From assembly GCA_044370175.1 (NCBI GenBank), contig JBILVZ010000002.1, positions 8,759-72,758 of the forward strand: DNA of 64,000 nt. Reading direction: 5' to 3'. Under the pieces are notes generated by a model, which ran no database searches, was not told where the DNA came from, and was given only the letters and a program-made list of their open reading frames with translations. Of the stretch, positions 48,463 through 58,120 are shown in pieces. The position numbers and the translations under genes were made by a program. The DNA is from Methylococcaceae bacterium. Lineage in GTDB: Bacteria; Patescibacteriota; Microgenomatia; UBA1400; PJMF01. The stretch's first letter is position 1, and each line of letters opens with the position of its first letter.

Positions 48463-48755
48463 ACCCTTATCTTGTAGTTCCAAAGTGTAAGGTTTTTTCA
48501 GTGCGAAAAAATACTTGCTCCAGGTACAAAAAGATCACTTGCTCTTTAAAAAGTGATTACGATATATAGCTTACAACTCACTCGAGTTGGTTGGCTTTTT
48601 TTGGATTTTCTTTGCCTTGTAGAGAGATTTTGTACAACAACCTGTTGGTGTGGTGCAGACAGCTCAAGCATAGGAATCTAGAAAAAGCCAACCGCTTGAA
48701 AAAGTGGTGGTGAGTACCGCAGATGTTCGTTTTTTGTTTCAATGGAGGAAATTCT

Positions 48756-48911
48756 ATGACAATGCTTGAATTGCTCAAAGCACTTGCGGAGGCTCCTGAG
48801 AGCCTCAAAGAAGGCCTCATTGGCCTGCTTACAGTCACGGGGTTATATTGGTTTGTAACTGACGGCTGGATCCAGATTCTGTTCTGGATTACAGCAAAAA
48901 TCTTTTCGTAA
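48756..48911 (+). CDS. Hypothetical small membrane protein (51 aa)
   Basis: GGAGG ribosome-binding site 7 nt upstream of ATG (MTMLELLKAL...). One TM (LIGLLTVTGLYWFV). Followed by a terminator-like hairpin. Confidence 0.4.
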   Translation: MTMLELLKALAEAPESLKEGLIGLLTVTGLYWFVTDGWIQILFWITAKIFS

Positions 48912-48939
48912 ATCACAATTTTTTCAAGTAAGTGAAGAA

Positions 48940-48970
48940 GAGGCATCGCCGCAAAGCATGCCTCTTTTTC
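48940..48970 (+). terminator. Hairpin GAGGCAT-(11 nt)-ATGCCTC followed by TTTTTC
   Basis: 7-bp stem plus a U-run between the small ORF and lepA. May be a terminator or attenuator. Confidence 0.5.
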
Positions 48971-48989
48971 GTACCCCGAGAGTCTTCCT

Positions 48990-50876
48990 TTGAGAAAATA
49001 CCTATTTCCAGGTATAATTCACCCCATGGCTTCTCAAGAACACATTCGAAATTTTTGTATTATTGCACATATCGATCACGGCAAAACCACACTGACTGAC
49101 TGTTTGTTGCGTCTCACCCGCACCGTCAATGACTTCCAGTTTGAGGAGCGGATGATGGATAGCAACCCCATCGAAAAAGAGCGAGGTATCACCATAAAAC
49201 TTGCTCCAGTGCGCATGGAGTACACACTCCTTCCACAAACTGCTGCACAAGCTGCCGAACACACCAATCTGCAACACAGTACTGTTGGTCAAAAGTATGT
49301 TCTCAACTTGATTGATACACCTGGCCACGTCGACTTTGGGTATGAAGTCAGCCGCTCGCTGGCTGCATGTGAAGGTGCTTTGCTAGTTGTTGATGCTACC
49401 CAAGGAGTCCAAGCACAAACACTTTCCACCTACGAAAAAGCTAAAGACCTGGGCCTCGTTATTATTCCTGTCATCAATAAAATTGACCTACCTTCTGCAG
49501 ATGTTGAACGAACCACTTTAGAACTGATGGAGCTGTTTAACGTTGATGAGCATGACATTTTAAAAGTTTCAGCCAAATCAGCACTCAATATCGAAGAGTT
49601 ACTGCGCGCTATCATTGAGCGTATTCCAGCTCCAGAGGGAAAAGTGGATGCTCCAGCACGCGGGTTGCTCATTACTTCACTGTTTGATCAGCACAAAGGT
49701 GCGATTGCTTTGGTGCGAATCGTGGATGGTGCATTACGCAAAGGAGATAAACTCGAGTTTGTGCGTGCGGGCACCAGTATGCTCCCTCTAGAAATTGGTA
49801 TTTATAACCCTGTGATGCAAAAACGTGATGATCTTTTGACCGGTGAAGTGGGGTATATTGCCACTGGCTTGAAGGATGTCCGCTCGCTCAAGGTGGGTGA
49901 TACGATCACTCGCGCAGCTGATGCGGCTCAAGTGGAAGCACTGCCTGGGTATAAAGAGCCGCAGCCAATGGTGTATCTAGAACTATATCCGGTCGATGCC
50001 TCAGAATTCAGCGAGCTGCAAGATGCAATGAGTAAACTTGTTTTGCGCGATGCAGCGCTGCAGTATGTTGGCACACATAGTGAGGCGCTTGGTAGTGGAT
50101 TGCGCGTTGGGTTCTTAGGGATTTTACACGCTGAAATTGTTTTAGAACGATTAAGTCGAGAGTTTAATCTTGAGCTCATTGCCACTTCACCTTCGGTTCC
50201 CTACCAAGTTACGTTGCGTACTGGTGAGGAACTAGAAATTCACTCACCTGCACAGTTGCCTGATATCTCACAAATTTTACAGATCAAAGAACCAGTAGCA
50301 GAAATCAACCTGTTTACACCAGAGCGGTTTAGCGGAGTTGTTTTGCAGATGGTGCGTGAGCGCCGAGGTCACCTTCAAGAAAGTCGTGTGGTGGGAGAGC
50401 GCATCCGCCTGGACTGTGAAGTGCCACTTTCTGAGTTGATCACTGATTTTCATGACAAATTAAAGTCTGTCACATCGGGATATGCTTCATTTGAATATGC
50501 AGTAAAAGGCTTTATGACTGTGGATGCAGTCAAGGTTGATGTCTTACTCAACCAAGAAGTAGTGGAAGCACTCAGTTTTATGTGTGTGCGAGATAAGGCT
50601 GAAAGTGAAGGGAGAAAGATTGCTGCGAAACTCAAAGAGATTTTGCCACGCCAGATGTTTGAGGTGCCGATCCAGGCTGCGATTGGCGGCAAAGTGATTG
50701 CTCGTGAAACGATTAAAGCCTTCCGCAAAGATGTGACGCAACATCTCTATGGTGGTGATGTCACTCGTCGTAAGAAGCTGCTGGCCAAGCAAGCCAAGGG
50801 GAAGAAGAAAATGAAGCAGATGGGGCGAGTGGAAGTGGATCAGGATACGTTTTTAAAGTTGCTGCGGCGTGATTAA
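48990..50876 (+). CDS. lepA: Elongation factor 4 (LepA)
   Basis: G domain (IAHIDHGKTTL, DTPGH, NKID) and the LepA-specific C-terminal domain ending ...GKKKMKQMGRVEVDQDTFLKLLRRD. Confidence 0.9.
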   Translation: MRKYLFPGIIHPMASQEHIRNFCIIAHIDHGKTTLTDCLLRLTRTVNDFQFEERMMDSNPIEKERGITIKLAPVRMEYTLLPQTAAQAAEHTNLQHSTVGQKYVLNLIDTPGHVDFGYEVSRSLAACEGALLVVDATQGVQAQTLSTYEKAKDLGLVIIPVINKIDLPSADVERTTLELMELFNVDEHDILKVSAKSALNIEELLRAIIERIPAPEGKVDAPARGLLITSLFDQHKGAIALVRIVDGALRKGDKLEFVRAGTSMLPLEIGIYNPVMQKRDDLLTGEVGYIATGLKDVRSLKVGDTITRAADAAQVEALPGYKEPQPMVYLELYPVDASEFSELQDAMSKLVLRDAALQYVGTHSEALGSGLRVGFLGILHAEIVLERLSREFNLELIATSPSVPYQVTLRTGEELEIHSPAQLPDISQILQIKEPVAEINLFTPERFSGVVLQMVRERRGHLQESRVVGERIRLDCEVPLSELITDFHDKLKSVTSGYASFEYAVKGFMTVDAVKVDVLLNQEVVEALSFMCVRDKAESEGRKIAAKLKEILPRQMFEVPIQAAIGGKVIARETIKAFRKDVTQHLYGGDVTRRKKLLAKQAKGKKKMKQMGRVEVDQDTFLKLLRRD

Positions 50877-50925
50877 GTCACACAGTCTTGATAAGTTGTG
50901 AAAAATACTTCATGATTAATTTGCA

Positions 50926-53070
50926 ATGTTTGAAACGGAGGTATACAAAGAGAAGAGCTTGTCTGAGTGTAAACTACAAGCATGTTATAGCAGTTTAATT
51001 TTTCTTAAAGAAAACCTTGATATACCGCAGGTAAAAAAAAGTGAAACGTGCTGGTATCTAGATCAACTAGTAGAATTTATTGCAGTAGTTGCAAACAATC
51101 CTGATTTAATAAAAAAGTTTGAACAAAAAATAGTGCTCTTAACTGCGTTTTTATACGATTTTTTTGGTATTCAGAATATGAAACCAAAGGTTGTACAGCA
51201 TGGAGCAGAGGTATCTTCAAAATCTATATTTGAAGCTGCATATTATAGAAGTTATGCCTATATAAAAGAGCAAGTTTTAGAGGATGCTATAACCGTTGCT
51301 CCTGAAGTTTCTTTAAAAAATTTTTACTGTATTCCTAAACAAGAATTGCCCTATGTATTTCAAAATCTTGAAACGAGGCAGTCGGACGAATGGCTGCAAT
51401 GGCCACTGCATAAAATAGCCTCGGTAGAACAATTTTTGGCGTACCCTGAGGAAAATTTTGCTGAAACTACAGAACTTGCAGCAGGCAGATCTGGAATCTG
51501 GAGTGTGATAGAGGAACAAATTCCATTATCAAAGGTAGCTTTAGTAAAAGAAAAATTTATCCGTTTAGTGAAAAAGTTAAAGACATCTGAATCAGATGAC
51601 ATGATTGGACTTACTTGCTGGGTACAGATTGGAGACGCAGCGGTAGGTGTATTACCGCTTGGTCAGCATAGTGACAGCATACAAGCAGTGTCTCCAATCT
51701 CTATGCCAGATCTATTGAAGGCTTTTCTTGAAGATGGGAGAGCTATTCCAAATTTATTAAAAGATCCACAAGACATTACTAAAAGCCGTATTCCAGAAAA
51801 GGATACAGGAAATGCCGATCAGAGCAAAACTGATTGGCTAACCATATTAAATATACTACCATCGCTTTTTACAGAAAAATATCAATTGATAAAAGCTAGA
51901 AAATTGGTCTCCGTATTGCGGCAGGGAGATGACACAAGTTGGGAGGCGTTAGTGGAAAGCCATCAAAAACATTATGAAAGAATGTTTAATCGCTGGCATC
52001 CTTTTTTTAAGCAAAAAGTGTTGCTTACTCGATCTGGTACCAGCGCTAATGAGGTGGCAAAGGAAGTCGCATTTCTTTTTGCAGCGCAAGGGACAGATGA
52101 ACCCCCCTTTTTAGCTATAGATCATCATTCTTACTATGAAAACATGAAGGTTACTGGTTTCCAAAGAAGCATCTTAGATGATGAACTTAACGTATGTTTT
52201 GTTTCTAGTGATCCAACAATACCCATAAAATATGGATTTGATTACGAAACTTCCAAAAGAGATGGTATTAATAAGATAAAGGAGAGAGCATTGATAGATC
52301 AATCTCATTGGTATGTTGCTATACTTGACAAAACAGCGAGACCGTTTGATCAAAGTTTTTTAGAGGACAAAAACCTCCCTCCAAATTTGATTTTTATCGA
52401 AACTATCAGTTTCTCAAAGCATGGCAGAGGTGAGCAAAACTATAATGGCGGTATGGTCAGCATCTGGGGACCTGAGATCCTCAAATCCAAGATCACTGAC
52501 ATTCTCAATCAAAATCAAGCTACCCCTACTGTGTGCTCAACAATTGCACTGCCATATTTAACAAAGAGTGAAATAGTAATTGAAGCGCAGATAGCCGAAC
52601 GAAACAAAGCAGTTTGTATGAATGCCTTTACGGATGCAATACGAACAATTCCAGAAGAATGGAAAGCAAAAATAGAAAACTATGGATACTATTCTTTTTT
52701 AGTTTTTCCAGTTGATAAAATCTTTCGATCACTTTGTGACCAAGTTGGTGACAGAAGTGAATTAACTGAAAAGTTGCTATTACTAGAGTCTATTTGGGAA
52801 TCTTTACTGGAGCAAACGATCGACACTAGTGCCTATCAAGATCTATGCAGAGGTGACGGGTATGGTTTTAACCATACTAGAGTAAACCATATCTGGCGTT
52901 CAGAAACAATAGAAGGTAAATTTAGGGAAACCTACTATAGTAGGAGTTTCAAGAGAGATATCTTGCGCATAGCTTGGGGTAAAAAACTATCTTTAGATGA
53001 ACTGGCAACGTTTGGTAAGGCACTTGGCCAAGCATATTGTTCTAGTATAAATTCATTTATTACTGAATAG
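50926..53070 (+). CDS. Hypothetical 714-aa protein: unknown ~350-aa N-terminal half fused to a PLP-dependent (fold type I) aminotransferase-like C-terminal half
   Basis: FIETISFSKHGRGEQNYNGGMVSIWG matches the aminotransferase SFSK....G.R.G PLP-lysine motif. Upstream are LLTRSGTSANEVA (G-T-x-A region) and YVAILDKTARPFD (D-region). The N-terminal half has no recognisable motif. Confidence 0.4.
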   Translation: MFETEVYKEKSLSECKLQACYSSLIFLKENLDIPQVKKSETCWYLDQLVEFIAVVANNPDLIKKFEQKIVLLTAFLYDFFGIQNMKPKVVQHGAEVSSKSIFEAAYYRSYAYIKEQVLEDAITVAPEVSLKNFYCIPKQELPYVFQNLETRQSDEWLQWPLHKIASVEQFLAYPEENFAETTELAAGRSGIWSVIEEQIPLSKVALVKEKFIRLVKKLKTSESDDMIGLTCWVQIGDAAVGVLPLGQHSDSIQAVSPISMPDLLKAFLEDGRAIPNLLKDPQDITKSRIPEKDTGNADQSKTDWLTILNILPSLFTEKYQLIKARKLVSVLRQGDDTSWEALVESHQKHYERMFNRWHPFFKQKVLLTRSGTSANEVAKEVAFLFAAQGTDEPPFLAIDHHSYYENMKVTGFQRSILDDELNVCFVSSDPTIPIKYGFDYETSKRDGINKIKERALIDQSHWYVAILDKTARPFDQSFLEDKNLPPNLIFIETISFSKHGRGEQNYNGGMVSIWGPEILKSKITDILNQNQATPTVCSTIALPYLTKSEIVIEAQIAERNKAVCMNAFTDAIRTIPEEWKAKIENYGYYSFLVFPVDKIFRSLCDQVGDRSELTEKLLLLESIWESLLEQTIDTSAYQDLCRGDGYGFNHTRVNHIWRSETIEGKFRETYYSRSFKRDILRIAWGKKLSLDELATFGKALGQAYCSSINSFITE

Positions 53071-53121
53071 ATTTAAAACTTCTATTGCCATTTATATTAT
53101 AAGACCTGATATAATACTCCT

Positions 53122-53853
53122 ATGCCTGATATTTTTGACAGCACACAGCTTGAATCAGAAGAAACAGCGGTCAATCCCTCTAAAGAGGAAGTGCTGCATG
53201 CGGTGAAAGAAAAACGCGCTCATTCTCACGAGAAAAAACATAAGAAAAAAGCGGTTGAAGAGTACTCGGAGGTAATGTCTCAGATGAGTGCTGAGACTTC
53301 CCCATGGGCTTCCTTTGCTGCCAAACCTCGTTGGACTGCCTTTTCAACCCAAGCTCCCGATGAGCAAATCTTACTACTGCTGCGCAAACATCCACTCACC
53401 CAAGTTGGTTGGGTTGTTATAGCCATAATTATTGCTCTAATCCCGATTGTCTTTGCTGGAATTCCTTTCTTAGGCTTTCTGCCACCTACCTATCACTTTG
53501 CGGTGGTGCTGGGTTGGTATATGCTCCTTGCGGGGTTTATTATTGAGTCGTTTTTGACTTGGTACTTCAATGTTTATATCATCACTGATGAACGTATAAT
53601 AGACGTAGACTTTTTATCATTGATTTATCAAAATATCTCAGCTGCTAAGATAGATAACATTGAAGATGTAACCGCCACCAAAGGTGGAGCGCTGCGTTCA
53701 GTTTTTGACTTTGGTACCGTCCATATTCAGACAGCTGCTGAAAAAACTCAGTTTGAGTTTGAAGATGTTCCGCATCCATCGCAAGTTACCAAGTTGTTAA
53801 ATGAGTTGATTTTAGAAGAAGAGCGAGAAAAAAATGAAGGTAGAGTAAACTAA
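53122..53853 (+). CDS. Membrane protein with bacterial PH (bPH_2/YdbT-like) domain
   Basis: Two TM helices, then YIITDERIIDVDF...FGTVHIQTA typical of the bPH_2 domain. Acidic/Lys-rich N-terminus. Confidence 0.5.
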   Translation: MPDIFDSTQLESEETAVNPSKEEVLHAVKEKRAHSHEKKHKKKAVEEYSEVMSQMSAETSPWASFAAKPRWTAFSTQAPDEQILLLLRKHPLTQVGWVVIAIIIALIPIVFAGIPFLGFLPPTYHFAVVLGWYMLLAGFIIESFLTWYFNVYIITDERIIDVDFLSLIYQNISAAKIDNIEDVTATKGGALRSVFDFGTVHIQTAAEKTQFEFEDVPHPSQVTKLLNELILEEEREKNEGRVN

Positions 53854-53860
53854 AGGGGTT

Positions 53861-54130
53861 ATGTTTGCAACATTATTAGAACTTCAGATGGGACCTCAAG
53901 ATTCATTAGTCCAGGAATTAACACAGTCAGTAATTTTTTTGGGAATTCTCAAGGTGATGTTTATTATTGCTGCAATTCTCTATGTCTTATTTAGTTTTGT
54001 GGTAGTTCGCCAAATTACGCTGATGCGCCAGACGGTGGTAACTAGTTTGTCTAGTTTTTTGCAACTGATTGGCTACATCCACCTGATCTTCTCAATTCTC
54101 GTCGTTATAATTTTCTTCTTAGTTTTGTAG
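53861..54130 (+). CDS. Hypothetical small membrane protein (2 TM)
   Basis: 89-aa hydrophobic ORF, 8 nt after the preceding gene. Confidence 0.35.
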   Translation: MFATLLELQMGPQDSLVQELTQSVIFLGILKVMFIIAAILYVLFSFVVVRQITLMRQTVVTSLSSFLQLIGYIHLIFSILVVIIFFLVL

Positions 54131-54323
54131 CTGAGTACGGTAGTCTTGGTCAGATTGGTTTTTGCAGACCTTTAATCCTGGAAATAATCAGATTGAACCT
54201 TTTCAGTAATCACGGTATCAGGAGGTTGCTGTTTAAATACCTCTGAGAGAATAGTAAAAACAGTTGCAGCATCAGGTGCAGAGTGACTATGATCATCACT
54301 GATTGTATCTTGTTGCGAAACTT

Positions 54324-54352
54324 CTACCCTACACATAGGGTAGAACATTTTT
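54324..54352 (+). terminator. Hairpin CTACCCTA-CACA-TAGGGTAG followed by AACATTTTTG
   Basis: Perfect 8-bp stem with a T-run, ~200 nt after the stop of 53861..54130. Confidence 0.4.
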
Positions 54353-54394
54353 GTATCTATTTATAGAGGGGCTCATGCTAGAATACGCTCAAGA

Positions 54395-56293
54395 ATGCAA
54401 GTAGCGAGCGTTACCCCAGTAGTTGGTCTGCCACAAGTCAATGGATGGTCGCAAAGTATTGATCGAAAGTATGATGGTTTTCATATTGTTGGGACTCTTG
54501 CAGTGGCAGGTGACAATGCTAGTAGCGTTGGTCGAGATATCGTTGGTATTATTCTGGAACAGGAACTAAAGAACGCGCAACATCTCTATCAATTTGTAGA
54601 GTACTTGTATAGCCTTGCCCGAGGAAAACAGTGCCAGCTTTTTGTGGCGCTCGGACTCTTTTCAGAAGGTCGTTGCACACTCTGTTCAATTGGTGGCACT
54701 GTTTGGCTTAAACGTGGAGAAAAAGTGGGGGTTTTGGTAGAGGCAGAAACAGAGATTGCATTGGTTCAGGGTAGTAGTTTTGTTGATGATGTTTTTATTT
54801 TTGCTACAACACAAACGCAACAGTTTTTGCCAACTGTGGAGCTACAGTTTGGACAGGGTTTTGATGTTGATGGGGTGATTACCAGTATTGTGCCTGCTAT
54901 TCATGGACTCCAAGACTCCTCACTCTGTGCAATTTCTTTTATAAACATTTCACAAAAACACGAAGTGGTATCGCAACTAGATGCACAATTTGCTTCTGAA
55001 CAGGAGGGATACGAGCCACAAACTACTCAAACGTATTTAGAAGAAGCTCAAAAAACCTCGTTGCAGCCAGTTCAGTCAAGCCAATACGAAAAAGGTATCC
55101 CTTTGGAAAGCGTAAAAAAATTCTTTACTGATCTCCCCAAACTATTTTCTAGCAGGACCTATGTAGACCAACACACTCATAAGAAATCTGTGCTCTGGAT
55201 TTTGGGGTTGCTAGTGGTGGTACTACTTGGTATTGGGATAGGTATCTACTTCGTACTTCAGGCACGCGCTGAACGAACATTTGCGACTGAGCTAGTCACT
55301 CCCTATCAAACCAGAATTGCTGATGCCCAAAAAATTGCTGAGCGAGATCCCACTTCAGCGCGCATGGCAGTAGAAGGAGTTGTGGCGGAGCTTATGGCAC
55401 TACAAACGCAGTATTCCACAACTGGACGCAGCAGTGTTGTTGAAAAACTAGATGAGACAATCGCGATTGCTCGTACCGTGCAAACAGAAGTATCAGCCAA
55501 GCAAGAGTTTGCTGATCTACCAATTTTTTATGATTTGCGGCTTGCTAGCTCAGGCTTCTTGACAACAATGTCAACAATTCAAGGCCAGCGTGCGATATTC
55601 ATTGATTCAGAAAAGAAAAATGCTGTGGTACTCGATTTGCCCACCAAGCAGGTTGCTATAGTGCCCTTGAGTGACCTGGCGCCAGTTGTCGCCGTCAGTC
55701 CGCAAAGTGAAGATAGTTTCGCGGTCGTTGCTGAGGGTATCTATGCGGTGCCACTTGCCCAAGATGGACAACAGCGTGTTATTAAAGAAGTAGGTGACTC
55801 CAATAGAGCAGCAACATTTATCAATACATTTGGTTCATACGTCTATGTCTTTAATCCTGAAAAAAGAAATGTCTATCGGTATACAAAATCTGAAAAAACC
55901 GATACCTATTCAGACCCAATCGGCTGGCTGCAAGATCCACTGGGGGTGTCGTTTGAATCAATTAAGTCACTGATGATTGATGGAGATGTTTGGTTTACCA
56001 CTGATGTGGGCGAAGTTCTGAAGTTTTCAGCAGGCAGACGCGCGGCATTTAGTGTGAGTGGTCTGTCTGAACCGTTTTCTTCTGCAATTTTTTTGTTTAC
56101 CCAAGAAGCAACTACCCATCTGTATGTGCTTGAACCTGAAAAAAAACGATTGGTGATCTTGTCCAAGAGTGGGCAGTTTATTCGTGAGGTTCGCAGTAAC
56201 TCACTGCTGTCAGCCACGAGTGTTTTTGTAAGTGATGAATTGCAGAAGGCATTTGTAGTGAGTGGTTCGATAGTATATGAAATAGCATTATAA
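54395..56293 (+). CDS. Hypothetical 632-aa bitopic protein (cytoplasmic N-domain, one TM, ~350-aa extracytoplasmic C-domain)
   Basis: Single TM (VLWILGLLVVVLLGIGIGIYFVL) at residues ~255-280. No motif recognised. Confidence 0.4.
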   Translation: MQVASVTPVVGLPQVNGWSQSIDRKYDGFHIVGTLAVAGDNASSVGRDIVGIILEQELKNAQHLYQFVEYLYSLARGKQCQLFVALGLFSEGRCTLCSIGGTVWLKRGEKVGVLVEAETEIALVQGSSFVDDVFIFATTQTQQFLPTVELQFGQGFDVDGVITSIVPAIHGLQDSSLCAISFINISQKHEVVSQLDAQFASEQEGYEPQTTQTYLEEAQKTSLQPVQSSQYEKGIPLESVKKFFTDLPKLFSSRTYVDQHTHKKSVLWILGLLVVVLLGIGIGIYFVLQARAERTFATELVTPYQTRIADAQKIAERDPTSARMAVEGVVAELMALQTQYSTTGRSSVVEKLDETIAIARTVQTEVSAKQEFADLPIFYDLRLASSGFLTTMSTIQGQRAIFIDSEKKNAVVLDLPTKQVAIVPLSDLAPVVAVSPQSEDSFAVVAEGIYAVPLAQDGQQRVIKEVGDSNRAATFINTFGSYVYVFNPEKRNVYRYTKSEKTDTYSDPIGWLQDPLGVSFESIKSLMIDGDVWFTTDVGEVLKFSAGRRAAFSVSGLSEPFSSAIFLFTQEATTHLYVLEPEKKRLVILSKSGQFIREVRSNSLLSATSVFVSDELQKAFVVSGSIVYEIAL

Positions 56294-56306
56294 TCCCTGG
56301 TATACT
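56293..56306 (+). promoter_or_regulatory. Extended -10-like element ATCCCTGGTATACT immediately upstream of smpB (probable leaderless or short-leader start)
   Basis: A TGnTATACT-type extended -10 ends 7 nt before the smpB ATG. The same 12-mer ATCCCTGGTATA recurs before cmk. A 12-mer match alone is within chance expectation. Confidence 0.3.
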
Positions 56307-56312
56307 ACCAGT

Positions 56313-56759
56313 ATGTCTCTTGTAGTCAACAAAAAAGCGCACCACGAATATACAATCGAAACCAAGTACACAGCAGGGATTGTATTGTCGGGTCAGGAAG
56401 TCAAGAGTTTACGACTCGGACATGCATCGTTTGCAGGAAGCTACATCAAGATACTGGGTGGTGAGGCATTTTTACTCAATACACAGATCAATAAATATCC
56501 CTATTCACAAGAAAAAGACTACGATCCCAAGCGAACAAGAAAATTGCTGCTCAACAAACGAGAATTATTGGAACTGCAAGAGTGGAGTCATAATAAAGGT
56601 AGAACAATTGTGCCACTGACGTTTTTTGTTGGCGGACGGAATATAAAGGTAGATATTGGTGTGGGCAGAGGCAAAAAAGTCCATGAGAAGCGGGCAGTTT
56701 TAAAACAGCGTGATCAAGAACGTGAGATAGAACGTGATACGAAGTATCGCATTAGATAA
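56313..56759 (+). CDS. smpB: SsrA-binding protein SmpB
   Basis: VVNKKAHHEYTIETKYTAGIVLSGQEVKSLR...RTRKLLLNKRELLEL matches SmpB throughout; 148 aa. Confidence 0.9.
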   Translation: MSLVVNKKAHHEYTIETKYTAGIVLSGQEVKSLRLGHASFAGSYIKILGGEAFLLNTQINKYPYSQEKDYDPKRTRKLLLNKRELLELQEWSHNKGRTIVPLTFFVGGRNIKVDIGVGRGKKVHEKRAVLKQRDQEREIERDTKYRIR

Positions 56760-56853
56760 CAATGATCGCATAATCTGCTACTCGACTTTTGTAGCGTGTA
56801 TCTGCTTTAATAGAAAGATAAGTAAAATAGTAATTCAAATAGGAATTCCTGCC

Positions 56854-57135
56854 ATGCCTAAAAGAGTTTTTTGGCCCGTCGCATTAGTAGTTTTGGGTAT
56901 CATTGCCCTTGCCACATCCGTTGGGATGATGCCAGCCAGTTTCTGGAATCTTTGGCCACTTATTTTGATTATCGTCGGTTTGGGTGGATTACTCATTTCT
57001 GATAAAGAAGAGTGGGATACTGCGCCAACACCTCGCCGTGCCGTTGCTAAGCCACCTGTCAAAAAAGCTGCCCCGAAAGTTGCTGCCAAAGCTGCTTCTC
57101 GTCGTCCAGCTCCAAAGCTCAAGAAGAGAAAATAG
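56854..57135 (+). CDS. Small membrane protein with Lys/Ala/Pro-rich basic tail
   Basis: ATG at 56854 (MPKRVFWPVALVVLGIIALA...). Two TM helices, then ...AVAKPPVKKAAPKVAAKAASRRPAPKLKKRK. Confidence 0.45.
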   Translation: MPKRVFWPVALVVLGIIALATSVGMMPASFWNLWPLILIIVGLGGLLISDKEEWDTAPTPRRAVAKPPVKKAAPKVAAKAASRRPAPKLKKRK

Positions 57136-57154
57136 CGTATCTCTGATACACTAT

Positions 57155-57168
57155 ATCCCTGGTATAAC
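57155..57168 (+). promoter_or_regulatory. Extended -10-like element ATCCCTGGTATAAC upstream of cmk
   Basis: TGgTATAAC, then an AGAGGGGG ribosome-binding site, then ATG at 57187. Confidence 0.3.
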
Positions 57169-57186
57169 AATCTAGAGGGGGTATGT

Positions 57187-57891
57187 ATGAGTACGGCTGG
57201 TTTTTATCACATTGCCATTGATGGTCCCGTTGCGGCCGGAAAAGGTACAATTTCACGATTGGTAGCAGATCGACTTGGCTATCTGTATGTAGATACAGGT
57301 GCTATGTATAGAGTGGTTGCACTTTTGGGAATTAGAAGTTCAATTGCGCTAGAAGATGAAGCAGCGCTCGTAGAACATCTTCAAAAGACTCAAATTGACA
57401 TGCGTAACCCAAGCCAAGCGGAGAAAGACGGTCGCCTAACGACAGTTTTACTCGATGGCGAAGATGTCTCTTGGGCGATCCGAACTGAAGAAGTCAGCAA
57501 AGGTGCTTCAGTTGTTGCAGCTCATCCTGAAGTTCGCCGAGTACTTGTAGAAAAACAACAGATTATTGCTCAGAATAAAGATGTAGTTATGGAAGGACGC
57601 GATATAACGTACCGAGTGCTCCCTGATGCCCAGATGAAAATTTATCTCACTGCAGGAGATACCGTGCGTGCTAAACGTCGGCATGTGCAGCTTTTAACCA
57701 AAGGCACTGATGTTAGTTTTGAAGAAGTCTATACACAGCTCCTCAAGCGTGATCAGCAAGATATGACCCGAACGACTGATCCACTGAAAGTGGTGCCAGA
57801 TGCTTGGATAATTGACACAAGTGACCTCTCAATTGAACAAGTGGTGGAGCTAATTGTGGGGAAAGTCAAGGTTTTTAGAGGCATTGTATGA
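57187..57891 (+). CDS. cmk: Cytidylate kinase
   Basis: IAIDGPVAAGKGTISRLVADRLGYLYVDTGAMYR is the Cmk P-loop/NMP-binding signature; 234 aa. Confidence 0.9.
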   Translation: MSTAGFYHIAIDGPVAAGKGTISRLVADRLGYLYVDTGAMYRVVALLGIRSSIALEDEAALVEHLQKTQIDMRNPSQAEKDGRLTTVLLDGEDVSWAIRTEEVSKGASVVAAHPEVRRVLVEKQQIIAQNKDVVMEGRDITYRVLPDAQMKIYLTAGDTVRAKRRHVQLLTKGTDVSFEEVYTQLLKRDQQDMTRTTDPLKVVPDAWIIDTSDLSIEQVVELIVGKVKVFRGIV

Positions 57892-58103
57892 AGGATATTA
57901 GAGCGGAAGCAGCAGATGTGCTGGCAGAAGAGATTGAGCTAGTAGAGGAAGAGCGGCGACAAAAAGAGTTGGCACGAGCGGAGCGCAAAGAGCGTCAGCG
58001 TATTAAAGAACGCAACAGATTTATTGAACGTATGGTTGCTCCCGTCTTGTTTATTGCGACGGTACTGATTTCTGCACTAGTAATGCTGCTTTTCTCAAAG
58101 TAG
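57888..58103 (+). CDS. Hypothetical small protein (charged coiled coil + C-terminal TM)
   Basis: 71 aa, overlaps the cmk stop by 4 nt. Confidence 0.35.
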   Translation: MKDIRAEAADVLAEEIELVEEERRQKELARAERKERQRIKERNRFIERMVAPVLFIATVLISALVMLLFSK

Positions 58104-58120
58104 CGATATACCTATAGCAG

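Noticed and set aside
48660-48720. T-box-like string (…AAAAGTGGTGGTGAGTACCGCAG…) in the lepA upstream leader.
   Set aside because: It only loosely resembles AGGGUGGNACCGCG and has an insertion. The downstream genes are not aminoacyl-tRNA synthetase or amino-acid biosynthesis genes. Kept only as part of the generic structured-leader finding.
56293-57168. Shared 12-mer ATCCCTGGTATA upstream of smpB and cmk as a specific regulatory motif.
   Set aside because: About 100 exact 12-mer coincidences are expected by chance in 64 kb. It is retained only as a probable extended -10 promoter element (TGnTATA) at low confidence.
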